Positions 9,579-20,398 of a DNA stretch of 64,000 nt are shown here, piece after piece. The stretch is from an uncultured Candidatus Nemicrothrix sp. (GTDB lineage: Bacteria; Actinomycetota; Acidimicrobiia; Acidimicrobiales; Acidimicrobilacustridaceae): NCBI GenBank assembly GCA_903867185.1, contig CAIPQK010000066.1, positions 217-64,216 of the forward strand. The letters run 5' to 3'. Each line of letters opens with the position of its first letter. Within the stretch, counting starts at the first letter, position 1. Under the pieces are notes generated by a model. That model worked only from the letters and a program-made list of their open reading frames with translations, had not been told where the DNA came from and did not search any database. Position numbers and translations under genes: made by a program.

Positions 9579-10484
9579 ATGGCACCAGTTGTCACAATGC
9601 GCCAACTGCTCGATTCCGGCGTGCATTTCGGTCATCAGACCCGCCGTTGGAACCCGAAGATGAAGCGATTCATTCACGGCGAGCGCAATGGCATTTACAT
9701 CATCGATCTTGAGCAGACGCTCGGCCGTATCGAAACCGCGTACAACTTCGTACGCGATCTCGTTGCCGACGGTGGCTCGATCTTGTTCGTGGGCACCAAG
9801 AAGCAAGCCCAGGATCCGGTCCGTAGCTATGCCGAACGCTGCGGCATGCCCTATGTCAATGAGCGTTGGCTCGGCGGCATGCTCACCAACTTCCAAACCA
9901 TGTCTAAGCGCGTCGCGAAGATGAAGGACTACCAGCGCATGCGCGATTCTGGTGACTTCGAAGCGATGCCCAAGAAGGAAGCACTTCTCATTAGCCGTGA
10001 ACTCGAGAAGCTCGAGCGCAACCTTGGTGGTATCCGCAACATGGAACGCCTCCCAAGTGCGATCTTCGTTCTCGACACCAACAAGGAAGACATCGCCGTA
10101 ACCGAGGCCAACAAACTCGGTCTTCCGATTGTTGCTGTCGTCGACACCAACTGCGATCCCGACATCATCACGTTTGTGATCCCAGGCAACGACGACGCCA
10201 TTCGTTCAGCGAACCTCATGGCTCGCGTCATCTGCGATGCCGTTGAAGAAGGACGCTTTATTGCATCGCGCAAGCGCGGCGCCGTTTCTCCTGAAGGCCC
10301 GGCCATCGTTGCCGAGCGCACTGCTGAAGAAGAAGAAGCGCACGAGGCTGCTCAGGCCGACGCTCGTCGTCAGGCTGCAGAAGCGGCTGCTGCTCGCGAA
10401 GCACGCATCGCTTCAGAACGCGCAACTGCCGAAGAAGCAATCACGCAGACCGATCCCGCAAACGAAACGACCCAGGAGTCCTAA
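9579..10484 (+). CDS. rpsB: 30S ribosomal protein S2
   Basis: ATG 9579 follows gggaagga. Contains [22 protein letters not shown]. Has an acidic/Ala-rich C-terminal extension as in actinobacteria. Confidence 0.95.
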   Translation: MAPVVTMRQLLDSGVHFGHQTRRWNPKMKRFIHGERNGIYIIDLEQTLGRIETAYNFVRDLVADGGSILFVGTKKQAQDPVRSYAERCGMPYVNERWLGGMLTNFQTMSKRVAKMKDYQRMRDSGDFEAMPKKEALLISRELEKLERNLGGIRNMERLPSAIFVLDTNKEDIAVTEANKLGLPIVAVVDTNCDPDIITFVIPGNDDAIRSANLMARVICDAVEEGRFIASRKRGAVSPEGPAIVAERTAEEEEAHEAAQADARRQAAEAAAAREARIASERATAEEAITQTDPANETTQES

Positions 10485-10490
10485 ACCCCC

Positions 10491-12016
<1,526 letters not shown>

Positions 12017-12068
12017 GGCGGTTGTTGGAGTCCCCGTCGCTTTAGTCGATTTCTCCTGGAGTGTTCTG

Positions 12069-12638
12069 ATGACGTCAGAGATGGCCGACCTGCTACTTGC
12101 AGAAACAGTCGACAAGATGAAGAAGGTCGTCGTGCATACGCGAGCCGACTTCGCTTCCATTCGTACCGGCCGGGCTGCTCCCGCTCTTGTCGAGAAAATT
12201 CTGGTCGATTACTACGGCTCGGAAGTTCCGCTGCAACAGATCGCTGGCTTCAACGTTCCTGAAGCTCGGCAATTGCTCATCACTCCCTACGACAAGGGAG
12301 CGATCGGAGCGATCGAACGTGCGCTTCAGCAGTCGGACCTCGGACTCAACCCGAGTAACGACGGTATTTCGATTCGCCTCACGTTTCCTCCGCTCACTGG
12401 TGAGCGTCGCAAAGAACTCGTGAAGGTTGTCAAGAACATGGCTGAGGAAGGCAAGGTCTCGCTGCGTAACCAGCGTCGGTCGACACGCCAAGAACTTGAG
12501 GCGCTCGAGAAGTCTGGCGACCTTTCCAAAGACGAACTTGAACGCGCCGAGAAAGAACTCGACAAAATCATTCACACCCAAGAGGCAGAAATCAGTGACG
12601 CACTGGGTGCCAAGGAAACTGAATTGATGGAGGACTGA
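12069..12638 (+). CDS. frr: ribosome recycling factor
   Basis: Internal ATG 12069 of ORF 11982..12638, after ggag. Contains KMKKVVVHTRADFASIRTGRAAPALVEKILVDYYG. Confidence 0.93.
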   Translation: MTSEMADLLLAETVDKMKKVVVHTRADFASIRTGRAAPALVEKILVDYYGSEVPLQQIAGFNVPEARQLLITPYDKGAIGAIERALQQSDLGLNPSNDGISIRLTFPPLTGERRKELVKVVKNMAEEGKVSLRNQRRSTRQELEALEKSGDLSKDELERAEKELDKIIHTQEAEISDALGAKETELMED

Positions 12639-14092
12639 TGGCGCCTGATGACCTGTCCCGAGAACCGAGACCGCCTGGCGATCCCGAAGAGGTTCGGATC
12701 ATCACCGTCGAGGAGATTGCCGAGGCATCGAGTCGTCCCGATGTCGCCACTCGTCTTCCCGAACGCGAACTTCCGCCCCCTCCGCCCCCAGTAATGAATG
12801 TCGGACCGCCCACGGGCGAACACGAAATGCCTCACTGGACCGAGCCGGCCACGGGTCAGGTACCTGCCGTTGTCATCGGCGACAACGCAAACGATGACGA
12901 TCGCGTATCAATGACCGATACCCCGCGTTTTCGAAGTGAGCACGACACAACCGAGCATGGCGATCTTTTTGCCGATCTCGAGTCGATCGAGCCCGATGAA
13001 CCAGTCGCTGAACGACTTGGCGCCCTCGATACCGATGAACGTATCTCTGACGAGGCGTATTTGAATTTCGACGATGTCGAACTCGACCCTCAGCCGCGTC
13101 GTCGTGGTTCACGTCGAGGACGTGCCGCTCGGTCTGCCGATATCGCCAACGATCCGTTGTCGGCGATTCTTCTTCCGCCCGATCTCGTTGGTTCCCCGGC
13201 GGAGGTTCTACCTCCGCCTCCATCGGCGAGAGCGGAACGCGCCCCTACGCCAAAAGAAGAAAGCGCGCATGAAGGCGCAAAGGGTCGCAATGTTCCAATT
13301 GCTGCCGCAGTTGGTATCGGTATGGCAATCGTCGCCGCGCTTTTGTTTATGGCCGGTCCCGCGCCCGCAATGCTTCTCATCGAAGTTGTACTAGTGGCTG
13401 CAGGGTTCGAGTATTTCACCGCCATGCAGCGAAGCGGGTTTCGCCCCGCGACGTTGCTTGGCCTTGCAGCAGTCGCTGGACTTCCGATCGCGTGTTATTG
13501 GAAGGGCGAGTCTGCGATTCCGGCAATCATCGTCCTCACATTCATCTTTGGTGTTGTGTGGTATCTCAGTAGCGCGAGCGGGCGAGCTCGTCCGACCGCG
13601 AACCTCGGCATCACGCTTATCGGAGTTATTTGGATCGGCGTCCTCGGCAGTTATGCCGCGCTGATCGTTGACATCCCATCTCAGGGTGTGAGCTTGCTGC
13701 TCGTCGCTGTCATTGCTGCGGTCGCTACTGACGTCGGCGGATTCTTCTTTGGTCGAGCGATGGGTCGGAGTCCGCTGAGCGCGATCTCTCCGAATAAAAC
13801 TGTCGAAGGGCTCGTTGGCGGAATTGCGGTCACTATTTTTGCCGTCTTTGTGCTTGTTGTGGTCTTGGGCGTGAGTTCGCTGGGTGCAGGCAAGGCGCTT
13901 GTTCTTGCGGTTGTCCTCGCCATCGTGGCTCCGTTGGGAGATCTCGGAGAGTCGCAGTTCAAGCGTGATCTTGGCCTCAAGGACATGGGTTCGATGCTGC
14001 CAGAGCACGGGGGGCTGCTCGATCGCTTCGATGCGCTGCTATTCGTCCTGCCCGCGACCTACTACGTCGTGCGAATCCTTGGATTGGGCTGA
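12638..14092 (+). CDS. cdsA: phosphatidate cytidylyltransferase with ~217 aa acidic/Pro-rich N-terminal extension
   Basis: The C-terminal half has SPNKTVEGLVGG and GDLGESQFKRDLGLKDMGSMLPEHGGLLDRFDALLF. The start overlaps the frr stop (TGATG). Confidence 0.9.
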   Translation: MAPDDLSREPRPPGDPEEVRIITVEEIAEASSRPDVATRLPERELPPPPPPVMNVGPPTGEHEMPHWTEPATGQVPAVVIGDNANDDDRVSMTDTPRFRSEHDTTEHGDLFADLESIEPDEPVAERLGALDTDERISDEAYLNFDDVELDPQPRRRGSRRGRAARSADIANDPLSAILLPPDLVGSPAEVLPPPPSARAERAPTPKEESAHEGAKGRNVPIAAAVGIGMAIVAALLFMAGPAPAMLLIEVVLVAAGFEYFTAMQRSGFRPATLLGLAAVAGLPIACYWKGESAIPAIIVLTFIFGVVWYLSSASGRARPTANLGITLIGVIWIGVLGSYAALIVDIPSQGVSLLLVAVIAAVATDVGGFFFGRAMGRSPLSAISPNKTVEGLVGGIAVTIFAVFVLVVVLGVSSLGAGKALVLAVVLAIVAPLGDLGESQFKRDLGLKDMGSMLPEHGGLLDRFDALLFVLPATYYVVRILGLG

Positions 14093-14134
14093 ACCCGCGG
14101 AGAATCATCGATTGTCTCTCGGTAGGCTGAACAC

Positions 14135-15331
14135 ATGTCGTTGACCCGTGTCGCTCTCGCCGGATCTACTGGCTCGATAGGTACACAAGCACTCGAGGTC
14201 ATCGACGCCGAATCGGAACACTTCGAACTCACTGCGCTTGGGGCCACGGGTCGCCAACCTGAAGTGATCATCGAACAGGCCCGTCGTTATCGGCCCGCTG
14301 TTGTCGCGATCAGTGATCCCGAAGCAGCTCGATTCATCGATGCTGAACTCCCCGGCATTGAAGTTCGAGGCGGTGCCGACGCAATGGCAAGCCTCGCCCT
14401 CGAAGCCGATGTTGTAGTGAACGGTGTGGTCGGATTCGCCGGCTTGTCGGTCACATTGGCGACACTCGAAGCAGGTCGCCGACTTGCGTTGGCCAATAAA
14501 GAGTCGTTGATTGCTGCTGGCCCTGTTGTGCAGATTGCGCGCCGCACTCCTGGCGCCGAACTTGTTCCTGTCGACAGTGAACACGGAGCTATTCATCAGT
14601 GTCTTCGCGCGACCGATAATCGAAACCGAGTTGCTCGGTTGCTTCTCACGGCAAGTGGCGGCCCGTTTCGCGGTCGTAGCGCCGATGATCTCGCAAATGT
14701 CACGATCGAAAATGCGCTGGCACATCCGACGTGGAGCATGGGTCCGAAGATCACGATCGATTCTTCGACGCTCATGAATAAGGGCCTCGAAGTGATCGAA
14801 GCGCACGAACTCTTCGGTTTGCCGGCAGGCGACGCTGGATACGGCATCGGCTTCGACGAGATCGATGTTGTTGTCCACCCTCAGTCGATCGTGCACTCAA
14901 TGGTCGAGTTCACCGATGCATCAACCATTGCGCAACTCTCGACGCCAGACATGCGGCTGCCTATTGGTTATGCGTTGGCCTGGCCCGATCGCATCACAAC
15001 GCCATTCGGCCGCATCGATTGGTCAACCCTCGGACGACTCGATTTCGAGCCCCCCGACCTCAAGGCGTTCCCATGCTTGGCTCTTGCCTATGCCGCCGGC
15101 CGCACAGGCGGAACGGCACCAGCCTGGATCAGTGCAGCAAACGAGGTCGCGGTCGATGCCTTCCTTCAAGGCCAGATCGCGTGGCGTGACATCGCCGCGA
15201 TCATTGCGGCCACACTCGATCGACATGACGGTGCCCCGGCAACAGATGCTTCGTCGGTCATCGAGGCCGATGCGCAGGCTCGGCGAGTCGCAGTGGAAGA
15301 ACTCAATCGATTCGCGGCGGTGAACTCATGA
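14135..15331 (+). CDS. dxr: 1-deoxy-D-xylulose-5-phosphate reductoisomerase
   Basis: VALAGSTGSIGTQALEV, LANKESL, PVDSEHGAIHQCL. Confidence 0.95.
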   Translation: MSLTRVALAGSTGSIGTQALEVIDAESEHFELTALGATGRQPEVIIEQARRYRPAVVAISDPEAARFIDAELPGIEVRGGADAMASLALEADVVVNGVVGFAGLSVTLATLEAGRRLALANKESLIAAGPVVQIARRTPGAELVPVDSEHGAIHQCLRATDNRNRVARLLLTASGGPFRGRSADDLANVTIENALAHPTWSMGPKITIDSSTLMNKGLEVIEAHELFGLPAGDAGYGIGFDEIDVVVHPQSIVHSMVEFTDASTIAQLSTPDMRLPIGYALAWPDRITTPFGRIDWSTLGRLDFEPPDLKAFPCLALAYAAGRTGGTAPAWISAANEVAVDAFLQGQIAWRDIAAIIAATLDRHDGAPATDASSVIEADAQARRVAVEELNRFAAVNS

Positions 15332-16851
15332 CGACTCCATCAGAGGTTGAACCAAGGAATCAGGGCGATGCACAACTGGCAGCCCAGCCCTCGCTACTCG
15401 AACGAGTATTCGGAAATCAGTTTGTTCTCTTAGGCCTCTTAATTGCATTGCTCACTTGGGTTACATTCACGCACATCTGGCTCTTCGTCCTAATTGTTGC
15501 GATTGTCGGGTCGGTCTTTTTGCATGAGATGGGTCACTTTCTCATGGCGAAGAAAAATGGAATGAAGGTCACTGAGTTCTTTATTGGCTTTGGCCCACGC
15601 GTGTGGTCATTCCGGCGCGGCGAAACCGAGTACGGACTCAAACTGATTCCTGCTGGTGCGTATGTGCGCATCATCGGCATGCATGGCCTCGAGGAAATCG
15701 AAACCACCGATGATGAAGATCGCACCTACCGGGCAAAATCCTATTGGCAGCGCATGCCCGTCGTTCTTGCTGGTCCAGTAGTCAACTTGGTGTTGGGCTT
15801 GTTGCTGCTTGTTGTTGTCTTTGCTGGGTTCGGTCACCCGTCAGCCGACAAGTGGAAGATCGAATCAGTTTCAAGTGGTTCGGCTGCCGCTGCGGCTGGC
15901 CTTGAACCCGGCGACCGCATTTTGGCGTTCGATGGTCAACCTGTCGGCGCCTTCGATGACTTCACCTCGACAATCCGCTCCCATGGGGGCTCCGTAGGTG
16001 AGCTCACGGTTCAACGCGGTGACGAACAGTTCACGATTCCCGCCACAGTTGGTTGGTCACTTAATACCGATGGGGCCCGGGCCTTGCAGCCGCTTGTTCC
16101 TGGTGATCGCGTCACCAAGGTGGGCGACACCGTTGTGTCCTCCTATTCCGAAGTCCAGGCGGCGATGTTGCGCGTCATAGGTCCTGCAGTTGTCACCTTC
16201 GATCGCAACGACCGCGCGTTCACAACCACGATCGATGGCCCGCTCGCATTGCCGATCGACGGCTTCCGCGGTTTCCTTGGGGTGAGTCCCCGTTCAGTGC
16301 TTGTTCACGCTGGCATTGTCGACGCCACGGGCCAAGCGTTCACTGCGTTCGGCGACACCGTTGTCGGATCGGTGCAAGGAATCGGCCGCATCTTCTCTCC
16401 ATCAGGTATTGGAAAGTTGGCCACACAGGTTGCCAATGGCGGGAGCTCGCAATCTTCGAGCTCGGTCGAGCCGGTGGGCTCAGGCTCCTCAAGTTCAGCC
16501 CCAGCGCCAACGACGTCATCGAACGCCGATCGCCCGATGTCGCTTCTTGGCATCGTGAACGTGGGCACCCAACTTGGCGAGCAGGCGGGTTGGGCGGGTG
16601 TCTTGGCACTTCTCGCCACGGTCAATATTTTCCTTGGTCTCATCAACTTGGCCCCGATACTTCCGTTCGATGGCGGACATATCGCGGTCGCAACCTATGA
16701 AGAGATACGTACCCGCATGTCAGGCAAGGCCTATCGGGTCAACATGGCCAAACTGATGCCCGTCACCTATGTGGTGGTGCTTCTCATGGTCGGGCTCTTC
16801 GCGTCCACGCTGTATCTCGATGCCGTGGACCCCGTGAAACTCTCGCCGTAG
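15328..16851 (+). CDS. rseP: M50 site-2 zinc metalloprotease (RseP/Rip1-like) with PDZ domain
   Basis: HEMGHFLMAKK (HExxH), PDZ-like GLEPGDRILAFDGQPV, and NLAPILPFDGGH near the C-terminus. ATGA overlap with dxr. Confidence 0.9.
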   Translation: MTTPSEVEPRNQGDAQLAAQPSLLERVFGNQFVLLGLLIALLTWVTFTHIWLFVLIVAIVGSVFLHEMGHFLMAKKNGMKVTEFFIGFGPRVWSFRRGETEYGLKLIPAGAYVRIIGMHGLEEIETTDDEDRTYRAKSYWQRMPVVLAGPVVNLVLGLLLLVVVFAGFGHPSADKWKIESVSSGSAAAAAGLEPGDRILAFDGQPVGAFDDFTSTIRSHGGSVGELTVQRGDEQFTIPATVGWSLNTDGARALQPLVPGDRVTKVGDTVVSSYSEVQAAMLRVIGPAVVTFDRNDRAFTTTIDGPLALPIDGFRGFLGVSPRSVLVHAGIVDATGQAFTAFGDTVVGSVQGIGRIFSPSGIGKLATQVANGGSSQSSSSVEPVGSGSSSSAPAPTTSSNADRPMSLLGIVNVGTQLGEQAGWAGVLALLATVNIFLGLINLAPILPFDGGHIAVATYEEIRTRMSGKAYRVNMAKLMPVTYVVVLLMVGLFASTLYLDAVDPVKLSP

Positions 16852-16867
16852 CCCTAACCTCATCATT

Positions 16868-18097
16868 GTGAGCGAGCTCTTCCCACAGACCCGATACCCG
16901 CGACGCGTAACTCGTCAGTTGCACGTTGGCGATGTTGCCGTTGGTGGCGGCGCGCCGATCTCGATCCAATCGATGACCACTACCAAGACCGCCGATGTCG
17001 AAGGCACGTTGCAACAGATCTATGCGCTCGCCGGAGCCGGTTGCGACATCGTGCGCTGCACGTGCAACGAACAAGAATCTGCTGAAGGTCTTGCACACAT
17101 CATTCCGCGTTCGCCCCTGCCAATCATCGCTGACATTCATCATCAATACCGGCGCGCGCTTGAAGCCATGGAGGCGGGCGTTCAAGGTTTGCGACTCAAC
17201 CCCGGCAATATCCGTCGTCCTGAACACATCAAGGCCGTTGCCCTCGAAGCAAAAGATCGCGGCATCCCGATTCGTATCGGCGTCAATGGCGGTTCGCTCG
17301 ATCCTGAGTTGTATGAGAAGTACGGCGGCAGAGTCACTGCCGAAGCAATGGTCGAATCGGCCAAGCGTGAACTCGCGTACTTCGAAGAGGTGGGCTTCGA
17401 CGATGTAAAGATCTCGGTGAAGGCATCGAATGTTGCGTTGATGATCGACGCCTACCGGTTGCTCGCCGACACGGTCGATTACCCGCTACATCTCGGCGTG
17501 ACCGAGGCGGGTCCGCCGCCTGCAGGCCTCGTGAAGGCCACCGCAGGTATGGCCACGTTGTTGGCCGAAGGTATTGGCGACACGATTCGCTACTCGCTCA
17601 CTGCCGATCCAGTTGAAGAAGTGCGCGCTGGTCGTTGGTTACTTGAAAGTCTTGGCCTGCGCGAACGCCGCGGTCTCGATCTCATCGCGTGTCCGTCCTG
17701 TGGTCGCGCCGAAGTTGATGTCATCGATGTTGCTGCCCGAGCGCAAGAAGCACTCACCGATCTGAACATACCCATTCAGGTAGCGGTGATGGGTTGCGTT
17801 GTCAACGGACCAGGCGAGGCTCGCGAAGCCGACCTCGGAATCGCTGCTGGCCGAAAGCGCGGCCACTTGTTCGTCAAGGGCGAAGTCGTCAAGGTCGTGC
17901 CCGAATCCGAGATGGTCGAATCTCTCGTGGAGTGGGCGCAGATCATTGCCGACGGGGGAGTCGAAGAAGCGCTTCGCCGCAAGGACGAGGGCGCAGCTGC
18001 CGAAGCCGAAGCCGATCGCATGGCACTGCTCGACGACAAGGGTGACGATGCCAACCACGCTGAAGAGCGCATCGAACTGATCCGCAAACTCGACTGA
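16868..18097 (+). CDS. ispG: 4-hydroxy-3-methylbut-2-enyl diphosphate synthase
   Basis: GTG start. VGGGAPISIQSMTTT, LRLNPGNI, ACPSCGR, MGCVVNGPGEA. Confidence 0.95.
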   Translation: MSELFPQTRYPRRVTRQLHVGDVAVGGGAPISIQSMTTTKTADVEGTLQQIYALAGAGCDIVRCTCNEQESAEGLAHIIPRSPLPIIADIHHQYRRALEAMEAGVQGLRLNPGNIRRPEHIKAVALEAKDRGIPIRIGVNGGSLDPELYEKYGGRVTAEAMVESAKRELAYFEEVGFDDVKISVKASNVALMIDAYRLLADTVDYPLHLGVTEAGPPPAGLVKATAGMATLLAEGIGDTIRYSLTADPVEEVRAGRWLLESLGLRERRGLDLIACPSCGRAEVDVIDVAARAQEALTDLNIPIQVAVMGCVVNGPGEAREADLGIAAGRKRGHLFVKGEVVKVVPESEMVESLVEWAQIIADGGVEEALRRKDEGAAAEAEADRMALLDDKGDDANHAEERIELIRKLD

Positions 18098-18149
18098 CTT
18101 TGTTGGTTGTGGCGGGAGTCGAAGAAGGCGTCGCCTAGCATCATGGGCC

Positions 18150-19562
18150 ATGGCAAAGGCCCCTGTTCTCACACCGCAGTCTGAAGATTTCCCGCGCTGG
18201 TATCAAGACATTGTTGCCAAGGCGGAACTCGCCGACAACGGTCCGGTGCGCGGCACGATGGTCATCCGCCCCTATGGCTATTCCATCTGGGAGCAGATGC
18301 AGGCCGAGGTCGATCGCCGAATCAAACTGGCCGGAGCAAAAAACGCGTACTTCCCATTGTTCATTCCGGAGAGTTATCTCAAGCGCGAGGCCGAGCATGT
18401 TGAAGGCTTTAGTCCCGAGCTAGCGGTCGTTACCGTCGCCGGCGGAAAAGAACTTGAAGAGCCAGTCGTTGTTCGACCCACATCAGAAACTGTCATTGGC
18501 GAGTTCATGGCGAAGTGGGTGCAGAGTTATCGCGACCTTCCGCTTTTGCTGAACCAGTGGGCCAACGTGGTTCGATGGGAGTTGCGTCCGCGCATCTTCC
18601 TCCGCACGAGCGAGTTCCTTTGGCAAGAAGGCCACACTGCTCATGTGTCTGAAGAAGACGGCCGTCAGTATTCCGAACGCATTCTTTACGACGTGTATGC
18701 ATCATTTATGCGCGACGTTCTGGCCATGCCTGTCGTTGTTGGGCGCAAAACCGTCAAGGAACGTTTCGCTGGCGCAACAAACACGATGACCTGCGAAGCA
18801 ATGATGGGTGACGGCAAGGCTCTGCAAATGGGCACAAGCCATGAACTTGGACAGAACTTCTCCAAGGCATTCGATATCCAATTCCTCGACAACGAAGGTA
18901 CGCAGCAACACGCGTGGACAACATCATGGGGTGTTTCTACGCGAATGGTGGGCGGACTCATCATGTGTCACGGCGACGACAATGGTCTCAGGGTTCCACC
19001 AGCGCTTGCTCCCGTGCAGGTCGTCGTGATCGCAGTTCGCGACGACGACGCGGTCATCGAACGTTGTCGTTTGCTTGCCGCTGAGCTCACTGACGCCGGA
19101 GTGCGCGTGGAACTCGATGTACGAGTCGAAACGTCAATGGGCCGCCGCGCCACCGATTGGGAACTGAAGGGTGTGCCAGTTCGTCTTGAACTTGGCCCGC
19201 GCGATTTGGCCGAAGGTGTTGTGACGCTTGCGAATCGAGTGAGCGGATCCAAAGATGCCGTGGCCCTCGACGGACTCGCCGACACGGTGCGAAGCGCTCT
19301 CGATGCTGCGCAAGCACAACTGCTCGCTGAAGCGACTGAGCGCAGAGACTCTCGTACGGTCGATGTCACAACGATTGACGAAGCTGCCGAAGCCGCCGCA
19401 ACTGGTTGGGCCCGAATCCCTTGGGCCACCCTGGGCACCGAGGGCGAGGCCGAACTGGCGAAATCGAGCGTCACGGTTCGCTGCCTGGTCATGCCCGATG
19501 GCTCTCTGCCGGCTTCCGATAGCGCTGAAGGTGCAGTCGCCATCGTTGCTCGCTCCTACTGA
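18150..19562 (+). CDS. proS: prolyl-tRNA synthetase, archaeal/eukaryote-like type (no INS editing insertion)
   Basis: 470 aa. N-terminus FPRWYQDIVAKAEL...VRGTMVIRPYGYSIWE, class II motifs, and C-terminus ending ...IVARSY with a terminal Tyr. Confidence 0.92.
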   Translation: MAKAPVLTPQSEDFPRWYQDIVAKAELADNGPVRGTMVIRPYGYSIWEQMQAEVDRRIKLAGAKNAYFPLFIPESYLKREAEHVEGFSPELAVVTVAGGKELEEPVVVRPTSETVIGEFMAKWVQSYRDLPLLLNQWANVVRWELRPRIFLRTSEFLWQEGHTAHVSEEDGRQYSERILYDVYASFMRDVLAMPVVVGRKTVKERFAGATNTMTCEAMMGDGKALQMGTSHELGQNFSKAFDIQFLDNEGTQQHAWTTSWGVSTRMVGGLIMCHGDDNGLRVPPALAPVQVVVIAVRDDDAVIERCRLLAAELTDAGVRVELDVRVETSMGRRATDWELKGVPVRLELGPRDLAEGVVTLANRVSGSKDAVALDGLADTVRSALDAAQAQLLAEATERRDSRTVDVTTIDEAAEAAATGWARIPWATLGTEGEAELAKSSVTVRCLVMPDGSLPASDSAEGAVAIVARSY

Positions 19563-19706
19563 CGATCCCTTTCGACCCGGCCAAAAGAGGGTCTGAACAG
19601 GGGTTTTACCGTCCGGGGGTGGGCCTCAGGCCCGGTCTCGGGTGGTCGTTTTGGGGCCGAGGGGTCTACACTCTCGGTATCGCAATCGTTCTGCAGTACT
19701 GACGAA

Positions 19707-19737
19707 GGCGTGGGCTTCTGCCCACGCCTTTTGTTTC
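19707..19737 (+). terminator. intrinsic terminator (10-bp GC stem, 4-nt loop, T tract)
   Basis: aggcgtgggc (19707-19716), loop ttct, gcccacgcct (19721-19730), followed by tttgttt. Lies about 145 nt after the proS stop. Confidence 0.8.
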
Positions 19738-19801
19738 GGCCGGATTATGGCGATGACCCCGCAGTCAGTGATCTTTGAAACCCTTTGGAAGGAGGCCAAC
19801 A

Positions 19802-20398
19802 ATGAGCGTGTCCGCACGTGTACGAGCACTTATCGAACCATTGGTGGCCGCCGAGGGTCTCGAATTGTTCGATCTCGAACAGGTTGGACCAGTACTTCGG
19901 GTCACGGTTGATCGTGAAGGTGGCGTCAGTATCGACGACATCACAAAGACCACTCGAGCAATTTCTCGAGCATTCGACGAACACGATCCGATCTCTAGTG
20001 GCTACACACTTGAGGTATCGAGCCCCGGGCTTGAGCGGGTGCTGCGTACACCAGCGCATTACGCCTGGGCGGTTGGTCGCACCGTTGCGGTCAAGACATT
20101 CCCGAACCACCCAGTCGGCCGTCGTTTCGCCGGCACCGTTTCCAGTTCCACCGATACCACCGTCACCATCGCTCTTGAAGAGCCAATCGGGGAGAGCATC
20201 ACGCTCAACCTCGGCGAAATCGAAAAGGCGCGCACCACCTTTATTTGGGGGCCAGCGCCCAAGCCCGGCGGTCCGAAGAGCGGCGAGAAAGCCGTGAAAT
20301 CGACCAAGGGCGCGAAGAAATCAAAAGACATGAAAGCCAAGAAGGACAAGAAGGACGCGTCAATCGCGTCCCACAAGGAAGAGAAGGTCCAGTCGTGA
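19802..20398 (+). CDS. rimP: ribosome maturation factor RimP with Lys-rich C-terminal tail
   Basis: ATG 19802 follows ggaaggagg. Contains LIEPLVAAEGLELFDLE and LEVSSPGLERVLRTP. Confidence 0.9.
   Translation: MSVSARVRALIEPLVAAEGLELFDLEQVGPVLRVTVDREGGVSIDDITKTTRAISRAFDEHDPISSGYTLEVSSPGLERVLRTPAHYAWAVGRTVAVKTFPNHPVGRRFAGTVSSSTDTTVTIALEEPIGESITLNLGEIEKARTTFIWGPAPKPGGPKSGEKAVKSTKGAKKSKDMKAKKDKKDASIASHKEEKVQS

Noticed and set aside
19642-19911. An 89-aa plus-strand ORF running from the proS-rimP spacer into rimP.
   Set aside because: It reads straight through a strong intrinsic terminator and then overlaps rimP out of frame, so it is not credible as a CDS.
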